A stretch of 64,000 bases of DNA from Clostridia bacterium. GTDB taxonomy: Bacteria > Bacillota > Clostridia > Oscillospirales > CAG-272. Shown piece after piece: positions 34,598 through 45,155 of this stretch. Location of the stretch: positions 15,740 to 79,739 of the forward strand of contig JAFYLH010000010.1 in NCBI GenBank assembly GCA_017537175.1. The letters are read 5' to 3'. Below the pieces are notes generated by a model. It was given only the letters and a program-made list of their open reading frames with translations, was not told where the DNA came from and ran no database searches. The number at the start of each line of letters is the position of its first letter. The first letter of the stretch is position 1. Made by a program: the position numbers and the translations under genes.

Positions 34598-35641
34598 ATG
34601 ATCCGTTTTAACTGTGATTATCTTGAGGGCGCACATCCCCGCATCCTCGAGGCTCTTACAAAAACCAATCTTGAGCAGACCGTAGGATACGGCTGTGACG
34701 AATACTGCGATATGGCAAGGGATGCCGTAAAGAAGGTGTGTAATGATAACAGCATTGATGTTCACTTTCTTGTAGGCGGAACTCAGACCAATCTCACCGT
34801 TATATCCTCAGCGCTGCGGGCTCATCAGGGAGTTCTGTCTGCCGAGACAGGACATATCAACTGTCACGAAACAGGAGCAATAGAGGCTACAGGCCATAAG
34901 GTCATTGCGCTCCCCACCGAGAACGGTAAGATCAAGGCTTGTGATATCGATCATTATGTTGAGAGATACCGCGCGGATGAAGCCTGGGAGCATGTTGTTC
35001 AGCCCAAGATGGTGTATATCTCCAACCCCACCGAAACAGGAACTATATATTCTAAGGCAGAGCTTACAGAGATAAGTGAGTCCTGCCGCAGAAACGGGCT
35101 TTATCTCTTCCTTGACGGTGCAAGACTGGGCTACGGTCTTGCGTGTAAGCGCAACGATCTTGATATCCCTGCCATAACCGCTCTTACGGATGTGTTCTAT
35201 ATCGGCGGAACAAAGGTCGGACTTTTGTTCGGTGAATGTCTTGTTATAACAAATCCCGCGCTTAAAGAGGATTTCCGCTGTGTAATAAAGCAAAAGGGCG
35301 GAATGCTTGCAAAGGGCAGACTGCTGGGTGTTCAGTTCTACGAGATGTTCCGTGACGGTCTCTATTTTGAGATATCAGAGCATGCTATGAATATGGCAGA
35401 AAAGCTCAAGGCGGATATAACAGCTCTTGGCTATGAGTTTGACGGAGATTCCCCTACAAATCAGCAGTTTGTAAAGTTGACAGGTAAGCAGGTTGAGCTG
35501 TTAAGCGAGGATTTCAGCTTTGAAAACATGGGGCTTTTACCCGACGGCAGAGTGCTTGTGCGCTTCTGCACCTCCTGGGCGACCAAGGAAGAAAATATAG
35601 ATAAGTTGATTGAGAAATTAAAGGAAATCAGAGAGGTTTGA
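34598..35641 (+). CDS. Low-specificity threonine aldolase / beta-eliminating lyase family PLP enzyme
   Basis: N-terminus FNCDYLEGAHPRILEAL, FLVGGTQTN and YIGGTKVG (PLP Lys region). Confidence 0.75.
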   Translation: MIRFNCDYLEGAHPRILEALTKTNLEQTVGYGCDEYCDMARDAVKKVCNDNSIDVHFLVGGTQTNLTVISSALRAHQGVLSAETGHINCHETGAIEATGHKVIALPTENGKIKACDIDHYVERYRADEAWEHVVQPKMVYISNPTETGTIYSKAELTEISESCRRNGLYLFLDGARLGYGLACKRNDLDIPAITALTDVFYIGGTKVGLLFGECLVITNPALKEDFRCVIKQKGGMLAKGRLLGVQFYEMFRDGLYFEISEHAMNMAEKLKADITALGYEFDGDSPTNQQFVKLTGKQVELLSEDFSFENMGLLPDGRVLVRFCTSWATKEENIDKLIEKLKEIREV

Positions 35642-35657
35642 CCTCTCTGATTTTTTG

Positions 35658-36005
35658 TTATCTGCTTACGATAACTGCAACAATAGCTGCCGCAAACACC
35701 GCAAAGGCTATAGCGAATATAAATCCGATCGCCACGGCAACATCAACAAGAAATCCGCTCACAAGCCCCAGAGCCAGAGTGTTTACAAGCACCGAAACAC
35801 CCGACAGAAGCAACGGCAGTCTTGATGTGCAGCAGAAGCATCTGAGCAGAGCATAACCGATAAATATAATTGCCGACAGTATCAGCATAAACAATACTGC
35901 AGCAAAATAATTTCCCAGCAATCCAAAGCCCGCAAGTAAGCCGGCTGCAACCCCGCTTATAACAGCGGCGGCAATAATGAGTAAAATGGTACAGATCTTA
36001 TTCAT
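35658..36005 (-). CDS. Small hydrophobic membrane protein (4 TM), unknown function
   Basis: The start is moved to ATG 36005 (GGGAGGGAAG RBS). It is almost entirely hydrophobic, with a central CFCCTS motif. Confidence 0.6.
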   Translation of the reverse strand: MNKICTILLIIAAAVISGVAAGLLAGFGLLGNYFAAVLFMLILSAIIFIGYALLRCFCCTSRLPLLLSGVSVLVNTLALGLVSGFLVDVAVAIGFIFAIAFAVFAAAIVAVIVSR

Positions 36006-36069
36006 TTTCTTCCCTCCCTTCATTTTCATAATATGCTTTGAAAACACATAAGTGCCGAGGGATAAAAAC

Positions 36070-36146
36070 GAAAACCGCAGGTTTTCTCATAACATCAGGT
36101 AAAGCCGGATCTATAACGCTCGCCAAAGGCAATCATAACTCATAAC
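36070..36146 (-). repeat. Array of hairpin plus TCATAAC units (inverted partner of 36606-36714)
   Basis: The units are GAAAACC-gcag-GGTTTTC + TCATAAC (36087-36093), then ...CTATAAC (36111-36117), then GCC-aaa-GGC.. + TCATAAC TCATAAC (36133-36146). Spacings are 24, 22 and 7 nt. Confidence 0.8.
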
Positions 36147-36198
36147 TGAAAGAGGTAGCTTTAAATCGTATTTTATCTCAGGTTTAGAGCATAAAATC

Positions 36199-36227
36199 TT
36201 GACATTCAAAATACTGTATGTTATAAT
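36199..36227 (+). promoter_or_regulatory. Consensus promoter driving the tRNA-Gln locus
   Basis: TTGACA-17 nt-TATAAT (perfect consensus), 111 nt upstream of the mature tRNA 5' end. Confidence 0.75.
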
Positions 36228-36244
36228 ACTACGGTAATAAATTT

Positions 36245-36268
36245 GAATATTGGGATATGGTGTAACGG
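36245..36268 (+). repeat. Duplicated 5' fragment of tRNA-Gln (24-nt direct repeat of 36333-36356)
   Basis: GAATATTGGGATATGGTGTAACGG is identical at both positions. This upstream copy continues into unrelated hairpins GCGGTC-cac-GACCGC and GATAAC-cgaatgaa-GTTATC. Confidence 0.9.
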
Positions 36269-36338
36269 GCGGTCCACGACCGCAGGGATAACCGAATGAA
36301 GTTATCTTTGTTTAACAATTATTCCGCGAACCGAATAT

Positions 36339-36412
36339 TGGGATATGGTGTAACGGCAACACACAAGACTTTGACTCTTGCTTTGTAGGTTCGAGTCCTG
36401 CTATCCCAGCCA
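36339..36412 (+). tRNA. tRNA-Gln (anticodon UUG), CCA encoded
   Basis: Hand-folded cloverleaf. The acceptor is TGGGATA/TATCCCA and the D stem is GTGT/ACAC. The anticodon arm is CAAGA-CTTTGAC-TCTTG and the T arm is GTAGG-TTCGAGT-CCTGC, with discriminator G plus CCA. A consensus promoter lies roughly 110 nt upstream and a terminator follows directly. Confidence 0.9.
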
Positions 36413-36441
36413 ATAAAAAAGATGCTTCGGCATCTTTTTTT
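36413..36441 (+). terminator. Terminator directly after tRNA-Gln
   Basis: AAAAAAGATGC-ttcg-GCATCTTTTTTT. Confidence 0.85.
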
Positions 36442-36443
36442 AT

Positions 36444-36463
36444 TGGCAGCAGGGCTCGAACCT
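36444..36463 (-). repeat. Inverted fragment of the tRNA-Gln T-arm/acceptor 3' end
   Basis: The reverse complement, AGGTTCGAGCCCTGCTGCCA, aligns with tRNA 36387-36412 (AGGTTCGAGTCCTGCT...GCCA). Confidence 0.8.
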
Positions 36464-36559
36464 TGAGAAGGTCCGGGCGTTAAGAAAACAGTCCGGTGGA
36501 CTGTTTTTAGCACGGATGCGTGAGCCGTCAGGCGAGGGTGCGATACGCGAAGCGTATCT

Positions 36560-36575
36560 GTCCTGCTATCCCAGC
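36560..36575 (+). repeat. Duplicated 3' fragment of tRNA-Gln (16-nt direct repeat of 36395-36410)
   Basis: GTCCTGCTATCCCAGC is identical at both positions. This copy is followed by its own terminator-like hairpin. Confidence 0.9.
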
Positions 36576-36604
36576 AAAAAAAGCATCCTTCGGGATGCTT
36601 TTTC
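36574..36604. terminator. Second terminator-like hairpin after the duplicated tRNA 3' fragment
   Basis: AAAAAAAGCATCC-ttcg-GGATGCTTTTT. Confidence 0.7.
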
Positions 36605-36605
36605 A

Positions 36606-36714
36606 GTTATAAGTTATGAGCTTGCCGTTGGCAAGCGTTATGAGAAAACCTTTGGTTTTCGTTATGAAAAAGCCTACGGCTTTTGTTATGATATGGCTGT
36701 CGCCATAGTTGATA
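36606..36714 (+). repeat. Array of GTTATGA plus variable-hairpin units with a constant 24-nt period
   Basis: It begins GTTATAA, then has four GTTATGA units. The first two carry GCTTGC-cgttg-GCAAGC and GAAAACC-tttg-GGTTTTC. The last two carry AAAAGCC-tacg-GGCTTTT and TATGGC-tgtc-GCCATA. It ends GTTGATA. Heptamer starts are at 36613, 36637, 36661, 36685 and 36708. Confidence 0.9.
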
Positions 36715-36741
36715 ATAAAAAACCACACTCAGGAAGTGTGG
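36712..36741 (-). terminator. Terminator of the CHAP/SLH hydrolase gene (the hairpin spans its stop codon)
   Basis: CCACACT-tcctga-AGTGTGG on the minus strand, followed by TTTTTT. Confidence 0.7.
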
Positions 36742-38957
36742 TTCTTTATTATCACAGCCGCTTGGGCTCTTGTTGCGTAATTGCGGGGCAAAAGCTTACC
36801 GTCGCTTCCCGAAATGACCTTGGAATACACAGCCCACGCCATAGCCTCTCTTGCCCAGGAGGAGATGCTTTGATTATCCGAAAAGTCTACAAGCGACTTA
36901 TCGTTAAAGTTGCCATGTGTACCCTTATACTTTTCGTAATTATAAAGTATCACGCAAAGCTGCTCTCTGGTGATGGGTGCATTGGGAGAAAACTTGTCCT
37001 CTGATGTGCCGGATATTATCTTACTGTTATATGCCCATATAAGATATTCGTAATAATAATGAGAGGATGACACATCGCTAAAGGGCAGATCCCCTGTTAT
37101 TCCCGCAGCTCCGTGGAGTCTGCCCAGGAGCGTAACAAACTGCGCTCTTGTAACTGTGGCGTTGGGTGCAAAGTGAGTTGCATCCACACCTGTCATAATA
37201 TTATTGAGATAGCAATATTCTATGGCATCATAGTACCAGGCTTTGCTTATGACATCGCTGAAGGGATTGATCCACAATCCGCCGTTATAGGTAAACTCTG
37301 CCGTTACGGTATGCTTGCCTGTGTCAAGCTCAATAACATACTCGCTCAGATCTCCCGGGATACCTATAGGCTTATCGTCTATCGATATATAGGAGATACT
37401 GTTCTTACTGTCGGCAAGTATACGCACACCCAGAGTGTCATCTGACATATACTTCTGTATTCTTCCGCCCTCGCCCGGGATAAGAGTAAGATCCGGTGTC
37501 TCTTTTGACCATACCGCATACAGGGTAAGAGATGCGTTTTTGTTATATACATCTCCTGCAAAAACACTTGCCCACTTGACATTGCCGGAGTACGCCCAGC
37601 CCTCAAAGGTATATCCCTGTCTGACAGGAGCCTTGTCGGTAATTGTGATCGACATTCCCTCGGTAAACTTTTCTGCCGCAGGAGGATTTTCGCCGCCGTT
37701 GGCATTGTATGTAACGGTAAATACATCGCGGTCTCTTTCCCATACCGCATAAAGTGTAATATCCTTGTTGCCGTCATATACAGAGGTATACTCCGGCTCG
37801 CCGTTCTTTGTACTGCTCCAACCCACCAGCTTGTATCCGTCAAGGACGGGCACAGAGCCCTCAAGTGAAAGAGCTTTGCCGTGCTCCTTTGTAAGGGTGG
37901 CTGTAGCGGGAGTGCCGCCGTTGGCATCAAGAGTAACGGTATAGGTGTTTACCTTCCACTGTGCATAGAGAACTATAGACTTGTTCTCGGTATATCTGTC
38001 CCCTGCCTTGTATACCACCTCACCGTCGGCCGAGGTACTCCAGCCTGTAAAGGTATAGCCTGTGCGTGCAGGCTTTGAGGAGGTGATGACAAGATCTGCA
38101 TAGATGGATTTTATCTGAGTCTGGGGGGCGTTGCTGCCACCGTTGGTGTTGTATTTTACGGTATATCCCATAGTACAGTAGTCAAGGGATATCCAGCCGG
38201 TCTTGCCGTTATAAGCTATCTTGCCCCATATCTCGTTTGCTACCTCGGTAACCTCAACCTCACTTCCGTAGGCAAGCTGACCGAGAGAAGCAGAGGACTT
38301 GGTAGGCTCGGAACGGACATTTAATGAGGATGCGGTAGTTATATATACACCCGGCTCGCGCTTTGCGGATTCTCCGCTATAGTCGGGAACACCATAACCG
38401 AGAACATAGGCAATATCCTTTTTATAGGATACGGTCTGTACCTTCTTGGAGCTGTTACCCTCAATAACATGTATACGGGTATCGTCTACCATATACACTA
38501 TTCCCACATGGGTAGAGTCATAGCCGTTTCCGCTGTTGTATGCCGCACCGAAGTATACTATGTCTCCCCTCTTGGGCTCATATGTACCGCCGTAATAGGG
38601 AGCAAACTGAAACTTACCCCTGTTTATAAACCAGTTCATACCCTCGTCACAGCTTGCGTGCTTGGGTATAACGGTGGTGGGAATGCCCGCCTGATCTGCA
38701 CACCAGGACACGAACATAGCGCACCACGCGTGGTAGTTAAGTCCGTACCACTCACCGTACTTGGTACAGTCGTTACTGCCCTGTACAGTTCCCTCAAGAC
38801 TGCCCTCCATATAGCCCTCCTGAGTGAAGGCTACAGCTAAGATATCATCAACACCGTTTCCTGTATTGACATGGGTATTTTCAAAGGCGGCAAAGACCCC
38901 TAGGGGGAGCATTGCCAGTATAAGAAGTATAATTACTGTTTTTTTCATAATATTCAT
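36729..38957 (-). CDS. Secreted cell-wall hydrolase: CHAP amidase/peptidase, SH3b, Listeria-Bacteroides repeats and three SLH domains
   Basis: It has a signal peptide, the CHAP motif AWCAMFVSWCADQAG...HVGIVY and an SH3b segment (LNVRSEPTKSS...). GYTFTGW/GYKLVGW/GYTFEGW repeats follow. The C-terminal SLH repeats are FSDVISKAWYY... and FSDVSSSHYYY... Confidence 0.85.
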   Translation of the reverse strand: MNIMKKTVIILLILAMLPLGVFAAFENTHVNTGNGVDDILAVAFTQEGYMEGSLEGTVQGSNDCTKYGEWYGLNYHAWCAMFVSWCADQAGIPTTVIPKHASCDEGMNWFINRGKFQFAPYYGGTYEPKRGDIVYFGAAYNSGNGYDSTHVGIVYMVDDTRIHVIEGNSSKKVQTVSYKKDIAYVLGYGVPDYSGESAKREPGVYITTASSLNVRSEPTKSSASLGQLAYGSEVEVTEVANEIWGKIAYNGKTGWISLDYCTMGYTVKYNTNGGSNAPQTQIKSIYADLVITSSKPARTGYTFTGWSTSADGEVVYKAGDRYTENKSIVLYAQWKVNTYTVTLDANGGTPATATLTKEHGKALSLEGSVPVLDGYKLVGWSSTKNGEPEYTSVYDGNKDITLYAVWERDRDVFTVTYNANGGENPPAAEKFTEGMSITITDKAPVRQGYTFEGWAYSGNVKWASVFAGDVYNKNASLTLYAVWSKETPDLTLIPGEGGRIQKYMSDDTLGVRILADSKNSISYISIDDKPIGIPGDLSEYVIELDTGKHTVTAEFTYNGGLWINPFSDVISKAWYYDAIEYCYLNNIMTGVDATHFAPNATVTRAQFVTLLGRLHGAAGITGDLPFSDVSSSHYYYEYLIWAYNSKIISGTSEDKFSPNAPITREQLCVILYNYEKYKGTHGNFNDKSLVDFSDNQSISSWAREAMAWAVYSKVISGSDGKLLPRNYATRAQAAVIIKNHTS

Positions 38958-39403
38958 GGTCTGTCTATCACCATCTGCATATAATCGAGTTCTTCAAAGC
39001 CGTAGCTGCGGTAAAGTGCTATGGCCTTTTCGTTTGAACGGGTCGCTTCAAGTCGCAGGCGCCGTGTTTCACCCTTTACAAGCGAAACACAATAGTCAAG
39101 GAATTCATGTCCTATACCCTGTCCGCGGTAGGGCTCGTCCACAAATATCTCCTCAATGAAGATATATCTTCCGCCCACCTCGGGAGAAAAGGAGAACGAA
39201 AGCTCGGCATAGCCGACAACCTTTCCTTCCTTTTCAAATATATAGCCTTCTAAAAAAGGACTGTCCGAGAGCATCTCGTCAAGAGTGCGCTGTATGACCG
39301 CGGGGTCAACCTCATGGAGTACCCCGGGACCGGAATAAAACTCCTTTGCCATACGCAGAAAGTCAGCGCTGTCCTTCTTTGTCAGCTTCCTTATCTCTGT
39401 CAT
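38954..39403 (-). CDS. GNAT-family N-acetyltransferase
   Basis: Acetyl-CoA motif YRGQGIGHEFL. RBS is AAAGGAAG. It overlaps the upstream gene by 41 nt and the downstream gene by 4 nt. Confidence 0.8.
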   Translation of the reverse strand: MTEIRKLTKKDSADFLRMAKEFYSGPGVLHEVDPAVIQRTLDEMLSDSPFLEGYIFEKEGKVVGYAELSFSFSPEVGGRYIFIEEIFVDEPYRGQGIGHEFLDYCVSLVKGETRRLRLEATRSNEKAIALYRSYGFEELDYMQMVIDRP

Positions 39404-42110
39404 TTTTTCTTCCTTTCAGTAATTTATAGAACTCAAACATACCCAGCACCACTACAGGCTGAATAAGCATGATTCCCCACTGAGGCAGGGTCAGCATACA
39501 GCCGTCAAACAGACCTGTCAATGCCGATAAAGCTATAAATGCCGCCATTATCAGTATACCGATGATCGCCCTCAGGGGAGAAATATATCCCTTTTTGAAA
39601 ACAGAGCGGCGATTGAGAGCCTCTAATGCACAAATAAAGCTTGACAGTATAAATCCGTAAAATACGGTGGCTGACATTGCCTTGCCTGTCATATCCATTC
39701 CGCAAAGAACGGCTATGACAGAGGGCAAAAGTGCTATAGCTCCCCATATTATACCAAAGAGCATATTGCCTGTAAGCTTGTCTCTGGTCTGCCGTTTTGC
39801 AATAATGCCCTTGGAGGATTTTGATGCAAATGCTATCACCGCACCAAGGTCAAATACCAGTCCCAGCAAAAGAAGCTGGACCGGAGTAAGTATGTCCTCA
39901 CCGCAGAAGGGTATTGCCTTTATTGGCAGCATTGCGGAATAGAGGAATATAAAAAGTCTTGCGCTCTGAGAAATAATGAGATATCTTACCGCACGGTGAA
40001 GAGATCCGAAGGCTCTTCTTGCCCTGGCAATAGAGTCTGTAATTGCGTTAAAGCCTCCTATATTGCCCTCGGCAGGAGAAACGATAACATCGCACGCCTC
40101 CTTTAAAGCCTCACTTCCCGTACCCTTTTCCTCACGGGAGCTTATGTAAACAGGAGCGTTCTCAGAGCCCACCGAAAGAGTGGAGTTACCTCTATGAAGA
40201 GTGATACCCGAGGAAAATCCAACATCCGCCTCCCGTACAGGAAGCATATCCTCAAGATCACAGCCGAAATAACCTACACTCTCGCCCGACTTCTGAAGAC
40301 GGAATATGAGCTGTCTCTTCTGAGCTATACTGAGTCCCTCATACAGGGTGTAGCTTGTGAGCTCATTATCTGCTAAGGCATCAAAGCCGACCGAGGTCAT
40401 TATCTCCTCGTCGGTGCCTATAATTCCCACCGATCTTGCATAATCGCGGTTACCCGAATCCTCTGAAAGCATTATCACCTTGATGTCCGCTTCACGGATA
40501 CGGTTGATATTTTCCTTTACACCGCCCAGCCGAGGCTGATTGAATGCAATAAAGCCCTCAAAGATAAAGCCCCTTGTATCCGATATGCTGTCGGTGTTTT
40601 TGGTTGCAATGCACAGAGCATACAGACCCTTTGAATACAGGTCGTCTATAATTGATCTTACCCTGTTCTTTTCGTTCTTTATATCCTTTACCTTTTCGCT
40701 TGCACGGTAATAGGAGCAGAGAGGAAGAATATCCTCTGCCTTGCCGCGGATACATATGCGGCTTCTGCCGTTGACCTCAAGTCTTGTGCGGGTGATCTCA
40801 CCCTCCACCCTGTGATCTGTCATAATGTGGGATGCCATATATACAGGTCCGTCAAAAACAGAGCTCTGCATAGCAAGCGTATAGATACAGTTTTCCTCTA
40901 CACTTGCCTCTCTTGCCTTAAAGCGGTTATAGGTCTTTTCGTAATCCCTTAAGGGATAGGTTGTAGAGTCAAATGCCGCGCTGATAAGAGCCTGACAGTT
41001 ATGGTGGAGATTTCTTTCATCCGGAGCATAAAGCACAGAATCGCAATACAGCTTTTTCAGCTTTATTCTGCCTGCGGTAAATGCGCCCTCTTTAGGCACT
41101 ATAAGGGTGGTTATGCCTGTCAATCTGTCTGTGGAGCCAATGCTTTTTATAACAGCTCCCATGTTTTTCTTTGCATCTCGGCCGGTAACATCAAAGAGCG
41201 AATAGCCCACTATGATATATCCGAATACAAGATAATACTCACACATTGCCGCCGTGGCAATAGACAGTCCCGTGATAAATATATTGAATATACTGCCGCT
41301 GCCAAAGCCTAAAATGAAATCCACAAGAGTAAGGCAGAACACCATTACCAGCATTATAAGGCTCCATACCGAGCAGTATTTTTTAAGCGAAACAAGATAG
41401 GGCGGAACATCCTCGGCTTTGCTCTTATGCTGTTCTTCATTCTTAAAGACAGCCTTAAGTGTATCCTCGCCTATCTCACATACCAGCGCTCTTGCCTCGC
41501 CCGAGAGCACCACCGTACCAGCAAACACCATATCTGCCTGCTTTTCGGGTGAGAGGTTGTTTGCATATATTATCTGTGCGCTTTTACTCTTCTTAACCTT
41601 TTCTCCCGAAAGAGTGGTCTCAAGCACCTGAAGGCGGTATGCCTCTATAAGTCTGGCATCTGCCGGCACAACATCTCCCGGGGTAAGGATTATAATATCT
41701 CCGCGGCAAAGTCTGTCCTGCCGTATAAGATACTGCTTTCCGCCCCTTATTACCGTAGCCGTAGGTATGCTCTTTTCTTCAGAGCGGGCTATGGCATTGC
41801 GTGCCCTGATATATGTGAACAGTACAAACAGGGAGTTGAGTACCACAAGCAGGATTATAAGGGGTGCGCCTACCTTAATATTAAATATCCAGGCAAGAAT
41901 GGCCGCCGCTATGAGCATATATGCACAGGGGTCGCGGAGCACATCCCATATAAGGTCAGAGGGACGGGGACTCTCTGTCCTGTAGATCGTATTTTTACCC
42001 TCTCGGCGCAGGCGGGCCTGTGCCTGCTTGGGACTAAGTCCCGAAGCAAGGTCTGTAGACAGTCTTGCCGCTATCTGCACCGGGGTAAGATTATACCATT
42101 TTTCAGCCAT
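39363..42110 (-). CDS. P-type ATPase homologue with all catalytic motifs degenerate (predicted non-phosphorylatable pseudo-ATPase)
   Basis: It has the Cation_ATPase_N-like start (LSPKQAQARLRREGKNTI), the A-domain GDVVPADARL, N-domain IRGKAEDILPLC and 10 TM-like helices. DKTGT is replaced by VPKEGAFT, TGES by LSGEK, TGD by SED, and GDGVND by GCDLED. Confidence 0.8.
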   Translation of the reverse strand: MAEKWYNLTPVQIAARLSTDLASGLSPKQAQARLRREGKNTIYRTESPRPSDLIWDVLRDPCAYMLIAAAILAWIFNIKVGAPLIILLVVLNSLFVLFTYIRARNAIARSEEKSIPTATVIRGGKQYLIRQDRLCRGDIIILTPGDVVPADARLIEAYRLQVLETTLSGEKVKKSKSAQIIYANNLSPEKQADMVFAGTVVLSGEARALVCEIGEDTLKAVFKNEEQHKSKAEDVPPYLVSLKKYCSVWSLIMLVMVFCLTLVDFILGFGSGSIFNIFITGLSIATAAMCEYYLVFGYIIVGYSLFDVTGRDAKKNMGAVIKSIGSTDRLTGITTLIVPKEGAFTAGRIKLKKLYCDSVLYAPDERNLHHNCQALISAAFDSTTYPLRDYEKTYNRFKAREASVEENCIYTLAMQSSVFDGPVYMASHIMTDHRVEGEITRTRLEVNGRSRICIRGKAEDILPLCSYYRASEKVKDIKNEKNRVRSIIDDLYSKGLYALCIATKNTDSISDTRGFIFEGFIAFNQPRLGGVKENINRIREADIKVIMLSEDSGNRDYARSVGIIGTDEEIMTSVGFDALADNELTSYTLYEGLSIAQKRQLIFRLQKSGESVGYFGCDLEDMLPVREADVGFSSGITLHRGNSTLSVGSENAPVYISSREEKGTGSEALKEACDVIVSPAEGNIGGFNAITDSIARARRAFGSLHRAVRYLIISQSARLFIFLYSAMLPIKAIPFCGEDILTPVQLLLLGLVFDLGAVIAFASKSSKGIIAKRQTRDKLTGNMLFGIIWGAIALLPSVIAVLCGMDMTGKAMSATVFYGFILSSFICALEALNRRSVFKKGYISPLRAIIGILIMAAFIALSALTGLFDGCMLTLPQWGIMLIQPVVVLGMFEFYKLLKGRKNDRDKEADKEGQR

Positions 42111-44438
<2,328 letters not shown>

Positions 44439-44459
44439 AGGTATTTCCTTTACTGTAAT

Positions 44460-45155
44460 TTATAATAAGTTGAATATTGTTAGCGGATTAAAGCTGTATA
44501 AAAGCTTAAGAACGATAGTTTCCTCTACCGTAAATGACCCGAAAAGCTCGGGAAATGCAGAGCCGAGAAGAGGCATTGCCGTTCCCAGCACCGCCGCGAT
44601 GACCCATACCAGAGCAAGTCCGCTCACAGCACCAAGGGCAGATCCCAAGGCTGCGTTGGCTGTCTTTAATACGGGCAGATCGCATAAACGATCGATAAGA
44701 CGGCCAAGGAGGATAAGAAGCACAAGCAGGACAACAAATACTGCAAGAAATGCCAGCACATCGGATATTCCCCGTGCAATAGGCTCTGCCATAAATGCAC
44801 TTATTGCCGAAATACTTTTTTCCAATGCGGTGTTATAAAATTCCTCGACCCTTTCGACAGTCGAAAACCTGTCAAGTATACCGAAAAATATATCGTTTTG
44901 TCCCTCAAAAAGCTCGGCAAGGCTTTTGCCCCCGCACTCGGTACGGATAGCGTTTTCTATGATCGAGCTGATCTTAGGTAAAAACAGATGCTTATACATA
45001 ATGTCTGCGGGAACAGGATAGAGAAAATAAGCACCCACCTGCGCCAGCACAAATGCCGCCAGCTTCATCACCGCAGAAACAAAGCCTCTTTTATAGCCGA
45101 TAAATGCAAGTATGAGGACTATACCGATCAAAATAACATCGATCGCTATACTCAT
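44460..45155 (-). CDS. cvpA: CvpA-family membrane protein
   Basis: N-terminus IDVILIGIVLILAFIGYKRGFV is typical of CvpA; 4-5 TM helices. Confidence 0.75.
   Translation of the reverse strand: MSIAIDVILIGIVLILAFIGYKRGFVSAVMKLAAFVLAQVGAYFLYPVPADIMYKHLFLPKISSIIENAIRTECGGKSLAELFEGQNDIFFGILDRFSTVERVEEFYNTALEKSISAISAFMAEPIARGISDVLAFLAVFVVLLVLLILLGRLIDRLCDLPVLKTANAALGSALGAVSGLALVWVIAAVLGTAMPLLGSAFPELFGSFTVEETIVLKLLYSFNPLTIFNLL

Noticed and set aside
36245-36575. Prophage or integrative-element insertion at tRNA-Gln, and possible additional tRNA genes (plus strand at 36251, minus strand at 36444-36575)
   Set aside because: There are no integrase or phage genes nearby, and both ends of the tRNA are duplicated rather than one. 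The extra fragments cannot be folded into a complete cloverleaf: there is no anticodon arm, and the T stem is mismatched. I therefore list them only as fragments.
36070-36714. Integron attC-like reading of TCATAAC / GTTATGA (resembling the RYYYAAC / GTTRRRY cores)
   Set aside because: The match to the core consensus is only partial (GTTATGA violates RRRY). Units are 24 nt rather than 57-141 nt. There are no cassette ORFs between units and no intI gene in the window.
36319-37004. ORFs 36319..36513 (minus) and 36516..37004 (plus) at the tRNA locus
   Set aside because: They overlap the tRNA, its fragments, hairpin arrays and the 3' end of the CHAP gene, with no translation signals.
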